Part shown: positions 62,380-64,000 of the stretch, one piece after another
How positions within the stretch are numbered: the stretch's first letter is position 1
Layout of the letters: every line of letters starts with the position of its first letter
Assembly (NCBI GenBank): GCA_030390025.1
Contig: CM059433.1
Span: forward strand, 16,742,001 to 16,806,000
Direction of reading: 5' to 3'
DNA from: Squalus acanthias
Lineage: Eukaryota
Length of the DNA: 64,000 nt
Made by a program: the position numbers and the translations under genes
Notes under the pieces: model-generated
What the model saw: only the letters and a program-made list of their open reading frames with translations
Databases searched by the model: none
Told to the model about the DNA's origin: nothing

Positions 62380-62870
62380 GCTTCACTGTGCCGCGCAGTA
62401 ACAGGAACCGTCCACGCACACTGCTCAGGCTCACAGCGGGGGCTTTGATAACACAGCAAAACAGCCCCGGCCAATCAGGGAGAGGGGGCGGGGCTCACCT
62501 GCCCTGACCGACAGCCCGCTCTGCCAATCAACGCCCAACCTTCTGTGACTGGTGCGCCTCTAACCAATAGCAAGGGGGCGGGTCCTGAGGATTAGCCAAT
62601 AGCAGGTGAGGGGGGACAGGTGCTGGATGACTTCCCCGTGCCTAAACCGCTCTCGGTCTGTGGGCTGGTAGGAGCGGCGTGCGTCCCATTCTGTGATAGA
62701 AGATGTTTGACAGGCCGGCAGATACCCGGGCCGGAGCAGTAGGACAGAGAGCAGGAGGGAAGAGTTCACCAGGGACTGCACGCCGGCAAGACGTGAGCAG
62801 CGAATGCAGCGTGCACTGTTAGTGAGTGCGCCCTTGCAGCGCTGTGGGACGTTCGGTTTTTCTGTAACGC
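62380..62870 (+). promoter_or_regulatory. CpG-rich promoter with four CCAAT boxes and two GC boxes, plus a candidate first exon
   Basis: CCAAT at 62471, 62524, 62564 and 62596. GGGGCGG at ~62485 and ~62575. ATG at 62703 runs to a GTGAGC donor at 62793. Confidence 0.6.
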
Positions 62871-62879
62871 TCCTGTGTT

Positions 62880-63850
62880 CAACATAGGATTACATAGGGT
62901 ATACGGCACAGAAACAGACCATTCGGCCCAACCAGTCCATGCTGGCATTTATGCTCCACTCGAGCCGCCTCCCATCTTTCCTCATCTAAATCTATCAGCA
63001 TAACCCTCTATTCCCTTCTCCCTCATATGCTTGTCTAGCCTCCCCTTAAATGCATCCATACTATTCGCTTCGAACACTCCCTGTTGTAGTGAGTTCCACA
63101 TTCTCACCACTCTTTGGGTAAAGAAGTTTCTTCTGAATTCCCTATTGAATTTCTTGGTGATTATCTTATATTGATGGCCTCTAGTTATGCTCTTCCCCAC
63201 AAGTGGAAACATTCTCTCTGTATCCACTCTATCAAAACCTTTCATAATTTTAAAGACCTCTATTAGGTCATCCCTCAGCCTTCTTTTTTCAAGAGAAAAG
63301 AGACCCAGCCTGTTCATCCTTTCCTGATATGTATACCCTCGCAATTCTGGTATCATCCTTGTAAATCTTCTCTGCACCCTCTCCAGTGCCTCTGTATCCT
63401 TTTTATAATATGGCGACCAGAACTGTACGCAGTACTCCAAGTGTGGTCTAACCAAGGTTCGATGCAGGTTTAGCATAACTTCTCTACTTTTCAATTCTGT
63501 ACCTCTGGAAATAAACCCTAGTGCTTGGTTTGCTTTTTTATGGCCTTGCTAACCTGTGTCGCAACTTTTAGTGATTTGTGTATTTGTACTCCGAGATCCC
63601 TTGTTCCTCTACCCCACCTAGACTCGCACCCTCCAAGTAATAAGTGACCTCCCTATACTTCCTACCAAAATGTAATACCTCACATTTATCTGTGTTGAAC
63701 TTTATTTGCCAATTATATGCCCATTCTGCAAGTTTATTAATGTCCTCTTGTAATTTGTTGCAGTCCTCCTCAGTATTGATTATCCCCCCAAATTAGGTGC
63801 CATCGCAAATTTTGAAATTGTGTTTTTGATTCCAAAGTCTAAATCGTTAA
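62880..63850 (-). mobile_element. CR1 LINE 3' fragment
   Basis: 170-aa ORF at 62982-63494 with LVRPHLEYCVQFWSP, and the RT region upstream. Confidence 0.92.
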
Positions 63851-64000
63851 GTCTAAATCGTTCTAGCATTTAAGACTTGCCTCCCTCCCACCTCCTTCTT
63901 CGGCATTGATTGATATTAAAGCATAGTTTTAAAAAATAATTCATAAAGACTTTTTGTACCGAACAAACTTTTATCACGCTATTGGAATAAATCCTGGGCC

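Overview
Repeat-dense vertebrate genomic DNA, most likely a cartilaginous fish, inferred from the CR1 LINE, Deu-domain SINE and Penelope repertoire. No complete host protein-coding gene can be supported. The window is mostly nested, decayed CR1 and L2 LINEs, tRNA-head SINEs, PIF/Harbinger elements (Myb/SANT and transposase remnants, MITEs with 3-bp TSDs) and Penelope-type elements with hammerhead ribozyme cores. The main feature is an 8,003-bp LTR provirus on the minus strand (29896-37898). It has ~99% identical ~1-kb LTRs, a 4-bp TSD (TGCT), a tRNA-Arg-like PBS overlapping the gag ATG, and a coiled-coil gag with one CCHC knuckle. A UGA-CUAG readthrough-type junction leads into an internally deleted pol with no recognisable RT or integrase core. 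The ~782-codon env looks like a paramyxo/pneumovirus F-type fusogen with an N-terminal immunoglobulin-like domain, so the element is lokiretrovirus-like. A CpG-rich promoter with four CCAAT boxes and a candidate first exon lies near 62.4-62.8 kb. All family assignments come from motif recognition by eye, not database searches.
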